A stretch of DNA of 60,138 bases. It comes from Patescibacteria group bacterium. GTDB lineage: Bacteria; Patescibacteriota; Minisyncoccia; Moranbacterales; UBA2206. This document shows positions 9,479-18,803 of the stretch, in pieces (within the stretch, counting starts at the first letter, position 1; each line of letters begins with the position of its first letter). Location of the stretch: the NCBI GenBank assembly GCA_030837625.1, contig JAUPKF010000005.1:1-60138 (forward strand). Reading direction: 5' to 3'. Both the position numbers and the translations under genes were made by a program. Under the pieces are notes generated by a model that worked only from the letters and a program-made list of their open reading frames with translations, had not been told where the DNA came from and did no database searches.

Positions 9479-9928
9479 TCAGCTTGTTTGTTTTCTATCT
9501 ATAAACAAAATTCCGTCGAGGTGGTCGATTTCGTGCTGGAGGGCGCGGGAAAACATCCCGTCCGCTTTGATGACTATTTCATTTCCCTCCCGGTCTTGCG
9601 CTTTGACTTTCACTTTTCTATGCCGCTTGATCGGAATGAATTTTCCTGGAAAGGAAAGACAGCCCTCTTCGGAAGTTTCTTTTTTCCAGGATTTGGATTT
9701 TATCTTTGGGTTAATGAAAATGTGGGTTTTGCCGTCGAGCTTGATGATGCAAAGTCGGACGGATTTTCCCACTTGCGGGGCGGCCAGACCCAAAGCGTTT
9801 CCCGCTTTTTCCATCGTTTCCAACATATCCAAAATAAGCGCGCGTGTTCCCGAGCTTTTCGGGTCTTTTATCTCCTCCGCTTTTTTTTGGAGGAGAGGGT
9901 TGGGGTAGGTTAAAATAGGTAAAATCAT
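9479..9928 (-). CDS. def: peptide deformylase
   Basis: GLAAPQVG, EGCLS, QHEIDHL. Confidence 0.97.
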   Translation of the reverse strand: MILPILTYPNPLLQKKAEEIKDPKSSGTRALILDMLETMEKAGNALGLAAPQVGKSVRLCIIKLDGKTHIFINPKIKSKSWKKETSEEGCLSFPGKFIPIKRHRKVKVKAQDREGNEIVIKADGMFSRALQHEIDHLDGILFIDRKQTS

Positions 9929-9940
9929 ATGAAAATTTCT

Positions 9941-10110
9941 AATTCACCTAGCTTTGAAAATCACAAATTACAAGCACCAAATTCCAAATAATTTCAAAAT
10001 TCCAATTTTCAAAATCCAAAACCGGTTTTTGAACATTTGAATTTTGGTCATTGTAATTTATTTGGAATTTGTAATTTGAGATTTGTAATTTTTCTTTTGT
10101 TAGGTGAATT
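9941..10110. repeat. heptamer hairpin element (9957-10092) nested in an AATTCACCTA/TAGGTGAATT inverted repeat
   Basis: near-identical to 22842-22976; the flanking 10-bp IR motif also recurs as TAGGTGAATT at ~61-95. Confidence 0.8.
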
Positions 10111-10122
10111 TTAAGCGTAGTC

Positions 10123-12162
10123 TCAGATTATTGATATTGGATCTACATCAATGATCCATCCTTGTCCTAGTTTTTTTAGTTCTGCCGCCAATTTTTCCGG
10201 AATTTTTTCCGTAAATTTAATGATAATTTGTTTCCGGTGGCGTCCGCGAATATTGGGAATGAAAGAATCTTGCGGTTCGCTGGCTCTGGCGTTTTTTATT
10301 TTTTCCAATAGTTCGTAAACACGCCGGGTTTCGGCGGAAACTTTTTTCGGGGAATAGTCTTGAAAAACCAGCTTGACTATCCGGCCGAAAGGAGGATAGG
10401 CAAAAGCTTTCCTTTCTGCGATTTCGTTTTCAAAAAAAGCCTCGAAATTCCTGTCGGACAGCCATTGAAAAAATTTCAGTTCCGGCTGATATGTTTGCAA
10501 AACCGCCATTCCTGGAAACTTTGCTCCCGGACGGCCCGTTCTGCCCGCGGCTTGGACTACCATTTGAAAAGCCTTTTCGCGGGTTTGAAAATCAGGAAAG
10601 GAAAGCAGGTTGTCCGTGTCTATTATACCAACCAAAGCCAGGCGGGGCAAATCCCAGCCCTTGGTGGCTATTTGCGTGCCAACGAGGATGTCGGTTTCTC
10701 CGCGCGTCATACTGTCATATGTTTTTGTATGTTGGCTTTTGGTTTTTATCGTTTGGCTATCGATTCTGGCCACGCGCGCGGCGGGAAAAAGATCGCGGAT
10801 TTCCCTTTCCACTTTTTGCGTTCCCAGTCCCACGTTTTTGAAAATTATCCCCTTGCATTTCGCGCATTCCGGAGTGATGGAAGTTTGGTAGGCGCAATGG
10901 ACGCATCGGTAACTTCCGCCGCTATCATAGACCAACGCCCGCTCGCATTTTGGACACTTCAAAACCGTTTTGCAGGATTCGCAGACGGAAAAACTGCTCA
11001 TGCCCTGGCGATTAATAAATAGGAGAATTTGTTGTTTATACTTCAAAGCGTATTCTATTTCGGATTTGAGTCTCTTGGATATGCAACTGTAATTTTTTTG
11101 CCAGCGTTCTTTTCGCATGTCAACCAGAGTAGTAGTAGGTAGAAAGTAGGAAGTATTAAGCGTTTTCTCTGGGTTGCTTTCTACTTTATACCTACTACTT
11201 GCTACTTCTAAATTCAACGGCGGCAGTCTGACTAACTGCATTTTTTTATTTAAAGCCTTGAAATAGCTCTCGATACTCGGTGTCGCTGTTCCTCTTACAA
11301 CCGGACAATTATGCAGTTCTCCCAGTTTTTCCGCCACGGTTCTGGCATCGTAGCGCGGATTCATATCCCATTGCTTGTAGGACATATCCTGCTCTTCGTC
11401 TATCACAATCAAGCCCAGTTTTCTAAAAGGCGCGAATACCGCCATCCGAGTCCCGATCACTATCTTAGCCTCACCTGAGCGAATTTTGAGCCAGTCGGAA
11501 TAATATCGTCCCTTGGAAACGTTGCTGGAAAGCACCGCTATCTCGCCAGAGCCAAAATACGCCCCATAGCGCTCTATGGCTTGAGGAGTCAAAGTTTGCT
11601 CTGGAACCAATATCAAAAACTGCAAATCTTTGTCTTTTTCGCGTAATTTCAGAATAGAATGAATATACACTTCGGTTTTCCCTGAACCGCTTGGGCCATG
11701 TAGAAGAAATTTTGAATTTTGAATTTTGAATTTTGAAATACTCCCCACGGCTTCTTTTTGTTCTTTTGTGAGAACAATACCCTTGTAGTTAATGTTATGT
11801 GCTATATGCTCTATGCTGCGTGATTTTACTCTTTTTGGCACGAAATTCTTCATCACTACTCCCAGCGGAGAAATGTAATATTCGGAAATAAACTTCGCCA
11901 GTTTAATTTGTTTGTCAGTCAAGAAGCTTTCTTCTAGCACTTTATCAATATTTTTTAGCTCAATGTTGCCCAATCTGGGGAAATCTTTCTTGCTTTCCAA
12001 AACTACGCCTTCGACTTTCCGGCGAAAAAGCGGTGCGCTCACCAAAGTTCCGGCCGGAATCTCCGTTTCCGACAAATACGAAAACGACTGATTGCGGGTC
12101 AGGGGGATTTTAGTCAATGGTACGATGTCGAGGATGTGTTTGCTTTTCTTCTTGGATTTCAT
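10123..12162 (-). CDS. priA: primosomal protein N' (helicase)
   Basis: GPSGSGKTEVY, IVIDEE, SYKQ, RYDAR, four CxxC pairs, GLGTQK, VGTQIATKG. Confidence 0.96.
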   Translation of the reverse strand: MKSKKKSKHILDIVPLTKIPLTRNQSFSYLSETEIPAGTLVSAPLFRRKVEGVVLESKKDFPRLGNIELKNIDKVLEESFLTDKQIKLAKFISEYYISPLGVVMKNFVPKRVKSRSIEHIAHNINYKGIVLTKEQKEAVGSISKFKIQNSKFLLHGPSGSGKTEVYIHSILKLREKDKDLQFLILVPEQTLTPQAIERYGAYFGSGEIAVLSSNVSKGRYYSDWLKIRSGEAKIVIGTRMAVFAPFRKLGLIVIDEEQDMSYKQWDMNPRYDARTVAEKLGELHNCPVVRGTATPSIESYFKALNKKMQLVRLPPLNLEVASSRYKVESNPEKTLNTSYFLPTTTLVDMRKERWQKNYSCISKRLKSEIEYALKYKQQILLFINRQGMSSFSVCESCKTVLKCPKCERALVYDSGGSYRCVHCAYQTSITPECAKCKGIIFKNVGLGTQKVEREIRDLFPAARVARIDSQTIKTKSQHTKTYDSMTRGETDILVGTQIATKGWDLPRLALVGIIDTDNLLSFPDFQTREKAFQMVVQAAGRTGRPGAKFPGMAVLQTYQPELKFFQWLSDRNFEAFFENEIAERKAFAYPPFGRIVKLVFQDYSPKKVSAETRRVYELLEKIKNARASEPQDSFIPNIRGRHRKQIIIKFTEKIPEKLAAELKKLGQGWIIDVDPISII

Positions 12163-12208
12163 TATCCTTATTATACCAAGATGCAAACCCAAACAAAAGG
12201 AGTTCTTT

Positions 12209-12529
12209 ATGAAAACAAAGCGAGTGAAGGCGGTTGTTGCGCATTTTCTGGCAATTGGTTGTCTTTTTGTTGGCTACTTTTTGGCCTTCGACGAGTACAA
12301 GGCAATCCTATGGTGCTCTGTTTATGCTTTTGCTGTTATCGCAGGGAACCTTTTTCAAAGATGGATTGCGAAATCGAGCCTGGAGCCAAAAGAAAATTCG
12401 AAATATTCAATCGGTCCGTGTGTCGGAGCGGATTGGCCGGTTGAGCTTATAAAGGAAATCCAGCACAACCAGGAAGAAGGGAGTCATCGAATGTGTGAGG
12501 GCACATCTTCTGGGAGATTGCAGGGATAA
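12209..12529 (+). CDS. hypothetical 2-TM protein (106 aa)
   Basis: SD AAGGAG before ATG 12209; two hydrophobic segments. Confidence 0.6.
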   Translation: MKTKRVKAVVAHFLAIGCLFVGYFLAFDEYKAILWCSVYAFAVIAGNLFQRWIAKSSLEPKENSKYSIGPCVGADWPVELIKEIQHNQEEGSHRMCEGTSSGRLQG

Positions 12530-12578
12530 TAGTGGCCGCCATAGGCTGGTCTTTATTTGAGAGGAAAGGAGTGCGATA

Positions 12579-12791
12579 ATGATTCTGGACACAGAAACAA
12601 GAAATGAGCTGATTGGAAGACTAAGGAAAAGGGGACTTTCAAAAAAAAGAGCCAGCCGAATTGTAAACTCTTTCCATAAGGCCGCAATGAAAGGCTTGCA
12701 AGAAGGAAAAGAATTGCCCTTTTTTAATCAAGATGGCTTTTTCTTCAGAAAAGTAAACAACCAGATAGAGATTTACAGAGATATAGAGTGA
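12579..12791 (+). CDS. 70-aa protein resembling the HU/IHF helical core without the DNA-binding arm
   Basis: SD GAAAGGAG; ELI..L...GLSKK.A..IV..F......L..G pattern. Confidence 0.55.
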   Translation: MILDTETRNELIGRLRKRGLSKKRASRIVNSFHKAAMKGLQEGKELPFFNQDGFFFRKVNNQIEIYRDIE

Positions 12792-12804
12792 ATATGATCT
12801 AGGG

Positions 12805-12843
12805 CGGCATTTGCTGGAAACACAGCATCTGCCGTTTTCTTTT
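12805..12843 (+). terminator. putative intrinsic terminator
   Basis: CGGCA..TGCTG/CAGCA..TGCCG stem plus T-rich tail. Confidence 0.5.
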
Positions 12844-12876
12844 GCAATTATGATTAATATAAAGTAAGATTTAAGT

Positions 12877-13419
12877 ATGAAACGTAAAATTTTCATCAGT
12901 ATTAACATTCCCGAGAGAGACAGGAAAAGACTCACGAAAGCTACCGAAAAATGGCAGAATCTTCCGGTTAAGTGGATAAAAGAGACCAATTTGCATGTCA
13001 CCTTGGCGTTTTTGGGGTTTGTGGATGAGAATATACTTGCAGAAATTTGCGAGCGGGTCGGCGAAGTTTCAAAGAATCGCGATAATTTCGACATAGCTTT
13101 TGAAGAAATCGGACTTTTTCCGGCGGAAAACGAACCGCGTATGATCGCGCTGGTCGGGGAACCAAACGAAGATTTGAAAAACTTGGTAAACGACCTAGAA
13201 AAAATTCTCGGGCTTTCCGGCGCTCCCAAGAAAATTTTCCGCCCTCACATCACCCTTGGCCGCATTCGAAAGCTGAAATGGGAAACTCTGGCAAAAAAAC
13301 CGGAAATATCAGGAAAATACCCGCTGAATATCTCCGTCGAATCCGTTGACATCATGGCAAGCGATTTCGCTGATGGCGAAAGCGAGTATGTCGTGATTGA
13401 GTCTTGCTCGCTAAAATAA
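12877..13419 (+). CDS. thpR: RNA 2',3'-cyclic phosphodiesterase (2H family)
   Basis: two HxT motifs (LHVTL, PHITLGR); KRKIFISI start. Confidence 0.9.
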   Translation: MKRKIFISINIPERDRKRLTKATEKWQNLPVKWIKETNLHVTLAFLGFVDENILAEICERVGEVSKNRDNFDIAFEEIGLFPAENEPRMIALVGEPNEDLKNLVNDLEKILGLSGAPKKIFRPHITLGRIRKLKWETLAKKPEISGKYPLNISVESVDIMASDFADGESEYVVIESCSLK

Positions 13420-13467
13420 TTTTCCTTACGTTACGTTTTTTTATTCTGTGCATATGCAAATTGAGCG

Positions 13468-13519
13468 AGTATGTCCATATGTGGTTATATGGACATACTG
13501 CGATTAAGGATGTTATAAT
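13468..13519 (+). promoter_or_regulatory. 13-bp perfect palindrome overlapping a putative sigma70 promoter
   Basis: AGTATGTCCATAT-GTGGTT-ATATGGACATACT; TGGACA 13490-95; TGnTATAAT 13511-19. Confidence 0.6.
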
Positions 13520-13552
13520 TTACCCATAAGCGATGCTTGATAAAAAAAATAA

Positions 13553-13960
13553 ATGGGCAAAGTAAAATATCACGAAATCGATTCCAATGAGCGATATAAG
13601 ATAATAGGAAATTTTCTAAATATCGTTTCCGGACTAAATTCCAAGAAAGAGGCGTTGGATTTTTTTCTCGGACTCTTGACCGCCAGCGAGTCGCTTATGC
13701 TCGCGAGAAGAATTCAAATTGCTCAAATGCTTTTAGATGGTTTGAGTTATGACGATATTCGAGGTAAAGTAAAAACCAGCAATCAGACGATAACCAAAAC
13801 AGATCGCTGGCTGCACAGTGAGGACAAGGAATATAATAAATGGCTTGAGAAGTGTTTGAATAAAAAAAGCGGCGAAAAAAAATCCCGACGCCGGTTTCAA
13901 AAGTCTTCTCGAGAAATATCCGGCGCACAGACTGTTGAAAAATCTAATCAGCTGATATAA
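13553..13960 (+). CDS. TrpR-related YerC/YecD family protein (3' end possibly frameshifted)
   Basis: LLTASESLMLARRIQIAQMLLDGLSYDDI...S.QTITK HTH. Confidence 0.82.
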   Translation: MGKVKYHEIDSNERYKIIGNFLNIVSGLNSKKEALDFFLGLLTASESLMLARRIQIAQMLLDGLSYDDIRGKVKTSNQTITKTDRWLHSEDKEYNKWLEKCLNKKSGEKKSRRRFQKSSREISGAQTVEKSNQLI

Positions 13961-13966
13961 TGCGTT

Positions 13967-13990
13967 TCCATATAACCACATATGGACATA
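13967..13990. repeat. 24-bp inverted copy of 13470-13493
   Basis: TCCATATAACCACATATGGACATA is the exact reverse complement of 13470-13493. Confidence 0.85.
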
Positions 13991-14800
13991 TCGAAAGAAT
14001 ATTGCAGAGAGAATGTAGAGAATATTTTAGGAGTACGGATTGATAATTTGAGTGAAGATGATATTTTACTTAGATTGGAAGGTTTTTTAGCTGAATCGAA
14101 ATTCCACCAAATCGCTACTGTTAATCCGGAATTTATTCTGGAAGCGCAGAAAAATCCGGAATTCAAAAAAATACTAAACAATTGTGATTTAAATGTGGCG
14201 GACGGGTTCGGGATAAAGTGCGCTTTTTGGCGGTATGGGAAAAATCTGAAATGTCGGATGACGGGAGCGGATTTGATGCTGGAGCTCTTGCGGTTGGCGG
14301 AAAAAAATAATCTGAAAGTATTTCTTGCGGCGCGTGCGGACGGCTTAAGCACTTGGCAAGAAACCAAAGAGGCGATTTTGAAAGTTTGCCCGAATTTACA
14401 GATAGATGGCGCTGATATAGAATGTCATTCCCACGCCGCGCCTGCCGGCAGGCAGGTAGGCGGGAATCCAGTCTCGGGACTTGCAGTTTCTGCACTAGAT
14501 TCCCGCCTACGCGGGAATGACAAATATATACTATTTGTCAACTTCGGCGCTCCTTCACCGGAGCTCTTTATCAATTCCGTAAAAAATGATAGTATAAGGC
14601 TAGCGATGGGAGTCGGCGGGTCTTTCGATTTTTTGACTGGAAAAGTTTGGCGCGCGCCAAACTTTATGCGGTCTTTAGGACTGGAATGGCTTTGGCGGCT
14701 GATTCAGCCGCAACCGTGGAAATTCAAAAAAGAACGCCTCAAAAGAATTTTCCGGGCGGTGGTAATTTTTCCGGTAAAAGTAATTTTAAACAGGAATTGA
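13982..14800 (+). CDS. WecB/TagA/CpsF family glycosyltransferase
   Basis: IATVNPEF, VADGFG, RMTGADL, MGVGGSFDF, RAP..M..LGLEWLWRL. Confidence 0.92.
   Translation: MDISKEYCRENVENILGVRIDNLSEDDILLRLEGFLAESKFHQIATVNPEFILEAQKNPEFKKILNNCDLNVADGFGIKCAFWRYGKNLKCRMTGADLMLELLRLAEKNNLKVFLAARADGLSTWQETKEAILKVCPNLQIDGADIECHSHAAPAGRQVGGNPVSGLAVSALDSRLRGNDKYILFVNFGAPSPELFINSVKNDSIRLAMGVGGSFDFLTGKVWRAPNFMRSLGLEWLWRLIQPQPWKFKKERLKRIFRAVVIFPVKVILNRN
14423..14522. mobile_element. palindromic element (dRS3-like subfamily) in frame inside the WecB/TagA gene
   Basis: TGTCATTCCC...GGGAATGACA; translates CHSH...DSRLRGND; homologue at 44531. Confidence 0.85.
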
Positions 14801-14801
14801 T

Positions 14802-15260
14802 ATGGGTATTGTTCTTGCGGGGATAATTTTATTAATAATTTTAATCATAACAATCGCTATGAATCCAAAAGCCAAATTAATTAAAACAATCTATCTCTAT
14901 CTGGTCGCGGTATTGAGCCTTCTTTTTGTGGCGATCGGCGCGGGAAGGATTTTAAACACCGGACTCAAATATTATATTTTTCCGGAAGCGGAAAAGAAAA
15001 GTTATTTCGAATGCAACCAACAGCCGCCGATAGCTCCGGTTATTTCCAAAGAAAACGCGACTGCGGATCAGAAAGTTCAAATCGATTCATTGCTGGCGGA
15101 TTATGAAAACTGGAAACAAAACCAATCCGGCGACAATTGTCTTGTGCCCGCCCGCCAGAATAACATCGTCGATGCCCTCACGATGGTAATAATCGCCCTT
15201 CCAATATTGTTGTTTCATTGGAAATTGATAAGAAGAGAGAAGGGAGAAAAAGATGAATAA
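14802..15260 (+). CDS. DUF5671-like membrane protein (start may be 14859)
   Basis: IKTIYLYLVAVLSLL...PILLFHWKLI. Confidence 0.7.
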   Translation: MGIVLAGIILLIILIITIAMNPKAKLIKTIYLYLVAVLSLLFVAIGAGRILNTGLKYYIFPEAEKKSYFECNQQPPIAPVISKENATADQKVQIDSLLADYENWKQNQSGDNCLVPARQNNIVDALTMVIIALPILLFHWKLIRREKGEKDE

Positions 15261-16848
15261 AGTTCGCGTCAGGTTCGCACCGTCGCCGACGGGGTTTCTC
15301 CATGTCGGAGGACTTCGTACGGCATTGTATGATTATCTTTACGCCAGAAAAACCGGCGGGGATTTTGTTTTGAAAATCGAGGATACCGACCGCAAACGTT
15401 TTGTGGAAGGGGCAGTGGAGAATTTAATAAAATCGCTGGATTTTTTGGGGCTTGAGAGAGACGAGGGAGTTTTCATGAAAGACGTAGCGTCCGAGTTTGA
15501 AAATGAGAAAATAGTTGATTCGAAAAATTATCCCGGAATTATCGAGGTGGGCGAATATGGCCCGTACATTCAGTCAGAAAAACTAGAAGTTTATAAAAAA
15601 TACGCCGAGCAATTGGTGAAAGACGGACACGCTTATTATTGTTTTTGCGAACCGGAAAGATTGGAAGAAATGAGAAAAGAACAACAAGCGCGAAAGTCGC
15701 CGCCGCTCTACGATCAATACTGTTTGCGAAATGTTACGCCGGAAGAGGTTAATAAGAAACTCAAAGAAAATTGTCTGTATACGATTCGGCTGAAAATTCC
15801 CAAGGATGAAACGATTGAGTTTGAAGATATGGTGCGGGGTAAAGTAAAATTTGATACCAATCTGGTGGACGACCAAGTTCTTTTGAAATCCGACGGTTTT
15901 CCGACATATCATTTAGCGAATGTGGTGGATGACCACGATATGAAAATCACCTATATTATTCGCGGCGAAGAGTGGCTTTCCAGCGCGCCGAAACACTTGC
16001 TTCTATACCGCTATTTCGGCTGGGAAGCGCCGCGATTCGCGCATTTGCCGTTATTATTAAATACCGATCGCAGTAAATTATCCAAGCGCCAGGGCGATGT
16101 GGCAGTGGAAGATTACATCAAGAAAGGATATTTAAAAGAAGCGATTATAAATTTTGTCGCCTTTCTCGGCTGGAATCCGGGGGGAGGGGAAACGCAAGAG
16201 ATTTTTACTTTGGAAGAATTGGCGGACAGGTTTGACTTCGCCCATGTTCACAAAGGCGGAGCGGTGTTTGATTTGAAAAAACTTGATTGGATAAATTCGC
16301 AGTGGATAAAGAGGATATCTTTAGAAGAATTATACTCACGCTCTTTGGAGTTTTGGAAAGAAAAAGAATTTTATAAAGAGTGGATCGCTAGATATGAAAC
16401 ACGAAACATGAAACATGAAGCACAAGAAGCGGAGAATTACATTAAAAAGGTTTTGGAAGTGGAACGTGAACGTTTGCAAAAATTATCCGAGGTAGGGGAG
16501 AGCAACAGATTCTTTTTCGCGGAAAAATTAAATTATGATAAAAAATTATTGAGTTGGAAAGATATGCCGGACGAGGAGCTTCGCCAGTCGCTTGCCAGAT
16601 CCGCCGAAATAATGGAAAATATACCGAAAGGGGACTGGACGCGCGAAAATCTGGAAAAGGAGCTTATGGCCGCTTGCGAAAAATATTATAAAACCCAAGA
16701 CGGAAAGATCAACCGCGGAAGTTTGCTTTGGCCGCTTCGCGCGGCGTTGACTGGCGAACAAAAATCACCCTCGCCGTTTGAAGTGGCCTGGGTGCTTGGC
16801 AAAGAAGAAAGTTTAAAGAGAATAAATAAAGCAACTGAATTGAAATAA
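15253..16848 (+). CDS. gltX: glutamyl-tRNA synthetase
   Basis: RVRFAPSPTG.LHVGG, YYCFC, PTYHLANVVDD, RGEEW, KLSKR. Confidence 0.97.
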   Translation: MNKVRVRFAPSPTGFLHVGGLRTALYDYLYARKTGGDFVLKIEDTDRKRFVEGAVENLIKSLDFLGLERDEGVFMKDVASEFENEKIVDSKNYPGIIEVGEYGPYIQSEKLEVYKKYAEQLVKDGHAYYCFCEPERLEEMRKEQQARKSPPLYDQYCLRNVTPEEVNKKLKENCLYTIRLKIPKDETIEFEDMVRGKVKFDTNLVDDQVLLKSDGFPTYHLANVVDDHDMKITYIIRGEEWLSSAPKHLLLYRYFGWEAPRFAHLPLLLNTDRSKLSKRQGDVAVEDYIKKGYLKEAIINFVAFLGWNPGGGETQEIFTLEELADRFDFAHVHKGGAVFDLKKLDWINSQWIKRISLEELYSRSLEFWKEKEFYKEWIARYETRNMKHEAQEAENYIKKVLEVERERLQKLSEVGESNRFFFAEKLNYDKKLLSWKDMPDEELRQSLARSAEIMENIPKGDWTRENLEKELMAACEKYYKTQDGKINRGSLLWPLRAALTGEQKSPSPFEVAWVLGKEESLKRINKATELK

Positions 16849-16859
16849 ATACGCTATAT

Positions 16860-18086
16860 ATGCGATATAAAAATAACCATAAAATAAAATACATCTTTCT
16901 CGCGATATTTTTGCTGTCGCTTTCTTCTTTCTTCTTTCTTCTTTCTTCTTTTTCAAAAGCCGTTGATTGCGATGATTTTGAAGGCGAATTAAAAGACCAA
17001 TGCAAAGAAAAGGAAAGAAAGGCGAAAGTGTATGAAGATCTGATTAGGCTTAAGGATAAGCAGGAAAACGCCCTGTCTCAACAGATAAAAGCAATCGATC
17101 AGGAACAGCAAAAGAACGAATCCGAACTGACTTTGACCCAAGCGCAGCTGGAAGATATAAACAAAAACATAATCCGTTTGGAAAGCGATATCGCGGAAAA
17201 GGAAGCTTCCATGAAAACCCGAAAAATAGTTTTGTCCGGATTGATGCAAGCTTATTATGAATACGACCAGCAGGGTCTATTGGAAGTGGCGCTGGTGGAA
17301 AAAGATTTTTCCGATATCGTGAACCAGGCGGATTATACCGAGCAGTCCAGTGCCCGAGTAGGAGAAGTTTTGGCAGAAATCCAAAAACTCAAGAATGACC
17401 TAGTGAGAGACAAACAAGTGCTGGATAAGAAGAAGGAAGAAAATGAAAACGCCAAAGACGAGCTGGCGAGAAAGGGACTTAATCTTCAGTACAGCGAAAA
17501 CCAGAAACAAAAACTTTTGGGACAGACTCAAGCGGAAAAAGAAAAATATGAAGAGCTTTTGAAAAGTATCGAGAGTGAAATCGATGAATTGGAAATAGCC
17601 AAGGAAAGCAGCGTCGATTATTCAAAAATTCCTCCAGCCAAGGGTGACTATTTCGATTACCCGGTTTCTTCAATACGAATCACTCAAGCGTACGGCAAAA
17701 CCAGCTTCTCTAAAAACTACGCCTCTGGCCGCCACAACGGGGTGGACTTTGCCGTAAACAAAGCGCCAATATACGCGGCAGGGAACGGCAAAGTTATTGG
17801 CTCCGGCGACAACGGAAAATACGCTTACGGCAATTGGATTGCGATAGACCACGGCGACGGATTAGTAACGCTTTACGGACATCTAAGTTCCAAATCAGTT
17901 TCGAAAGGGGATAGTGTCAAGAGAGGAGGGAAAATTGGTATCAGCGGGAACACCGGTTTCTCCACCGGTCCGCATCTTCACTTTTCCGTTTTCGTTAAAA
18001 GCAGTTACGAAGTGGTTCAGTCCAAGTACGTCAAGGGCTTGATGATCCCGACAGGCGCCAGCGTTAATCCGATGAAATATTTGTAA
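16860..18086 (+). CDS. secreted coiled-coil M23 peptidase (EnvC/murein hydrolase-like)
   Basis: signal peptide, long coiled coil, HNGVDF, YGHL, STGPHLHF. Confidence 0.9.
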   Translation: MRYKNNHKIKYIFLAIFLLSLSSFFFLLSSFSKAVDCDDFEGELKDQCKEKERKAKVYEDLIRLKDKQENALSQQIKAIDQEQQKNESELTLTQAQLEDINKNIIRLESDIAEKEASMKTRKIVLSGLMQAYYEYDQQGLLEVALVEKDFSDIVNQADYTEQSSARVGEVLAEIQKLKNDLVRDKQVLDKKKEENENAKDELARKGLNLQYSENQKQKLLGQTQAEKEKYEELLKSIESEIDELEIAKESSVDYSKIPPAKGDYFDYPVSSIRITQAYGKTSFSKNYASGRHNGVDFAVNKAPIYAAGNGKVIGSGDNGKYAYGNWIAIDHGDGLVTLYGHLSSKSVSKGDSVKRGGKIGISGNTGFSTGPHLHFSVFVKSSYEVVQSKYVKGLMIPTGASVNPMKYL

Positions 18087-18342
18087 GAATATTTTCTTGA
18101 AAAATAATTTAATTGTTCATGAATAAAAGCTGGAGATAGCACAACAAGATAGAGAGTAAGAAATAGTTGAAACAGGCGCCAGATCGGACTTTAGAGATGA
18201 TTTGTATGTGCAAGACGTACTTCTATATATGTTGAAACACTCTTATCAAAACAGCTTAAGTAATGACAGGATGAATATAAGGGTCGCGAAAGTAATAATG
18301 TGCGACGCTCTGCATTTTTCTTTCCTCTATGCCCTCATCAAT

Positions 18343-18374
18343 AAAAAAACTCCCAATCTATCGGGAGTTTTTTT
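18343..18374. terminator. bidirectional intrinsic terminator
   Basis: AAAAAAACTCCC...GGGAGTTTTTTT. Confidence 0.75.
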
Positions 18375-18383
18375 TATCAAAGC

Positions 18384-18764
18384 CTATTTCTTTTTCTCAT
18401 AATCCTCTATCGCTTCTCTGAGTCCGTCGGCTGCCAAATTGGAACAATGTATTTTTATCGGCGGCAAGCCTTCCAATGCGTCCGCTACGTTGTCGCGAGA
18501 AATTTTCTTTGCTTCCGCTAAAGTCTTCCCTTTGGCCAAGTCGGTGATCATTGACGAGGTGGCGATGGCCGAAGCGCAACCCAAAGTTTCAAACTTGATG
18601 TCCTTTATATACTCTCCCCTTTTGGCATCCTTTTTTATGCTGAGGTATATTTTCATCAAGTCTCCGCAAACCGGATTGCCGACAATGCCGACGCCGTCGG
18701 GATTTTCAATAGCGCCTTGGTTATGGGGGCGGGTGAAATGTTCGATAACTTTTTTTGAATACAT
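18384..18764 (-). CDS. iscU: Fe-S scaffold IscU/NifU-N
   Basis: GNPVCGD, GCASAIA, PPIKIHCSNLA. Confidence 0.95.
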   Translation of the reverse strand: MYSKKVIEHFTRPHNQGAIENPDGVGIVGNPVCGDLMKIYLSIKKDAKRGEYIKDIKFETLGCASAIATSSMITDLAKGKTLAEAKKISRDNVADALEGLPPIKIHCSNLAADGLREAIEDYEKKK

Positions 18765-18803
18765 AAATTTACGAACTACGAAATTAACGAAATACGAAAC
18801 GAT

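Noticed and set aside
18202-18402. 66-aa ORF as a real gene
   Set aside because: TTG start without SD, it runs through a terminator into iscU, and it has no motif.
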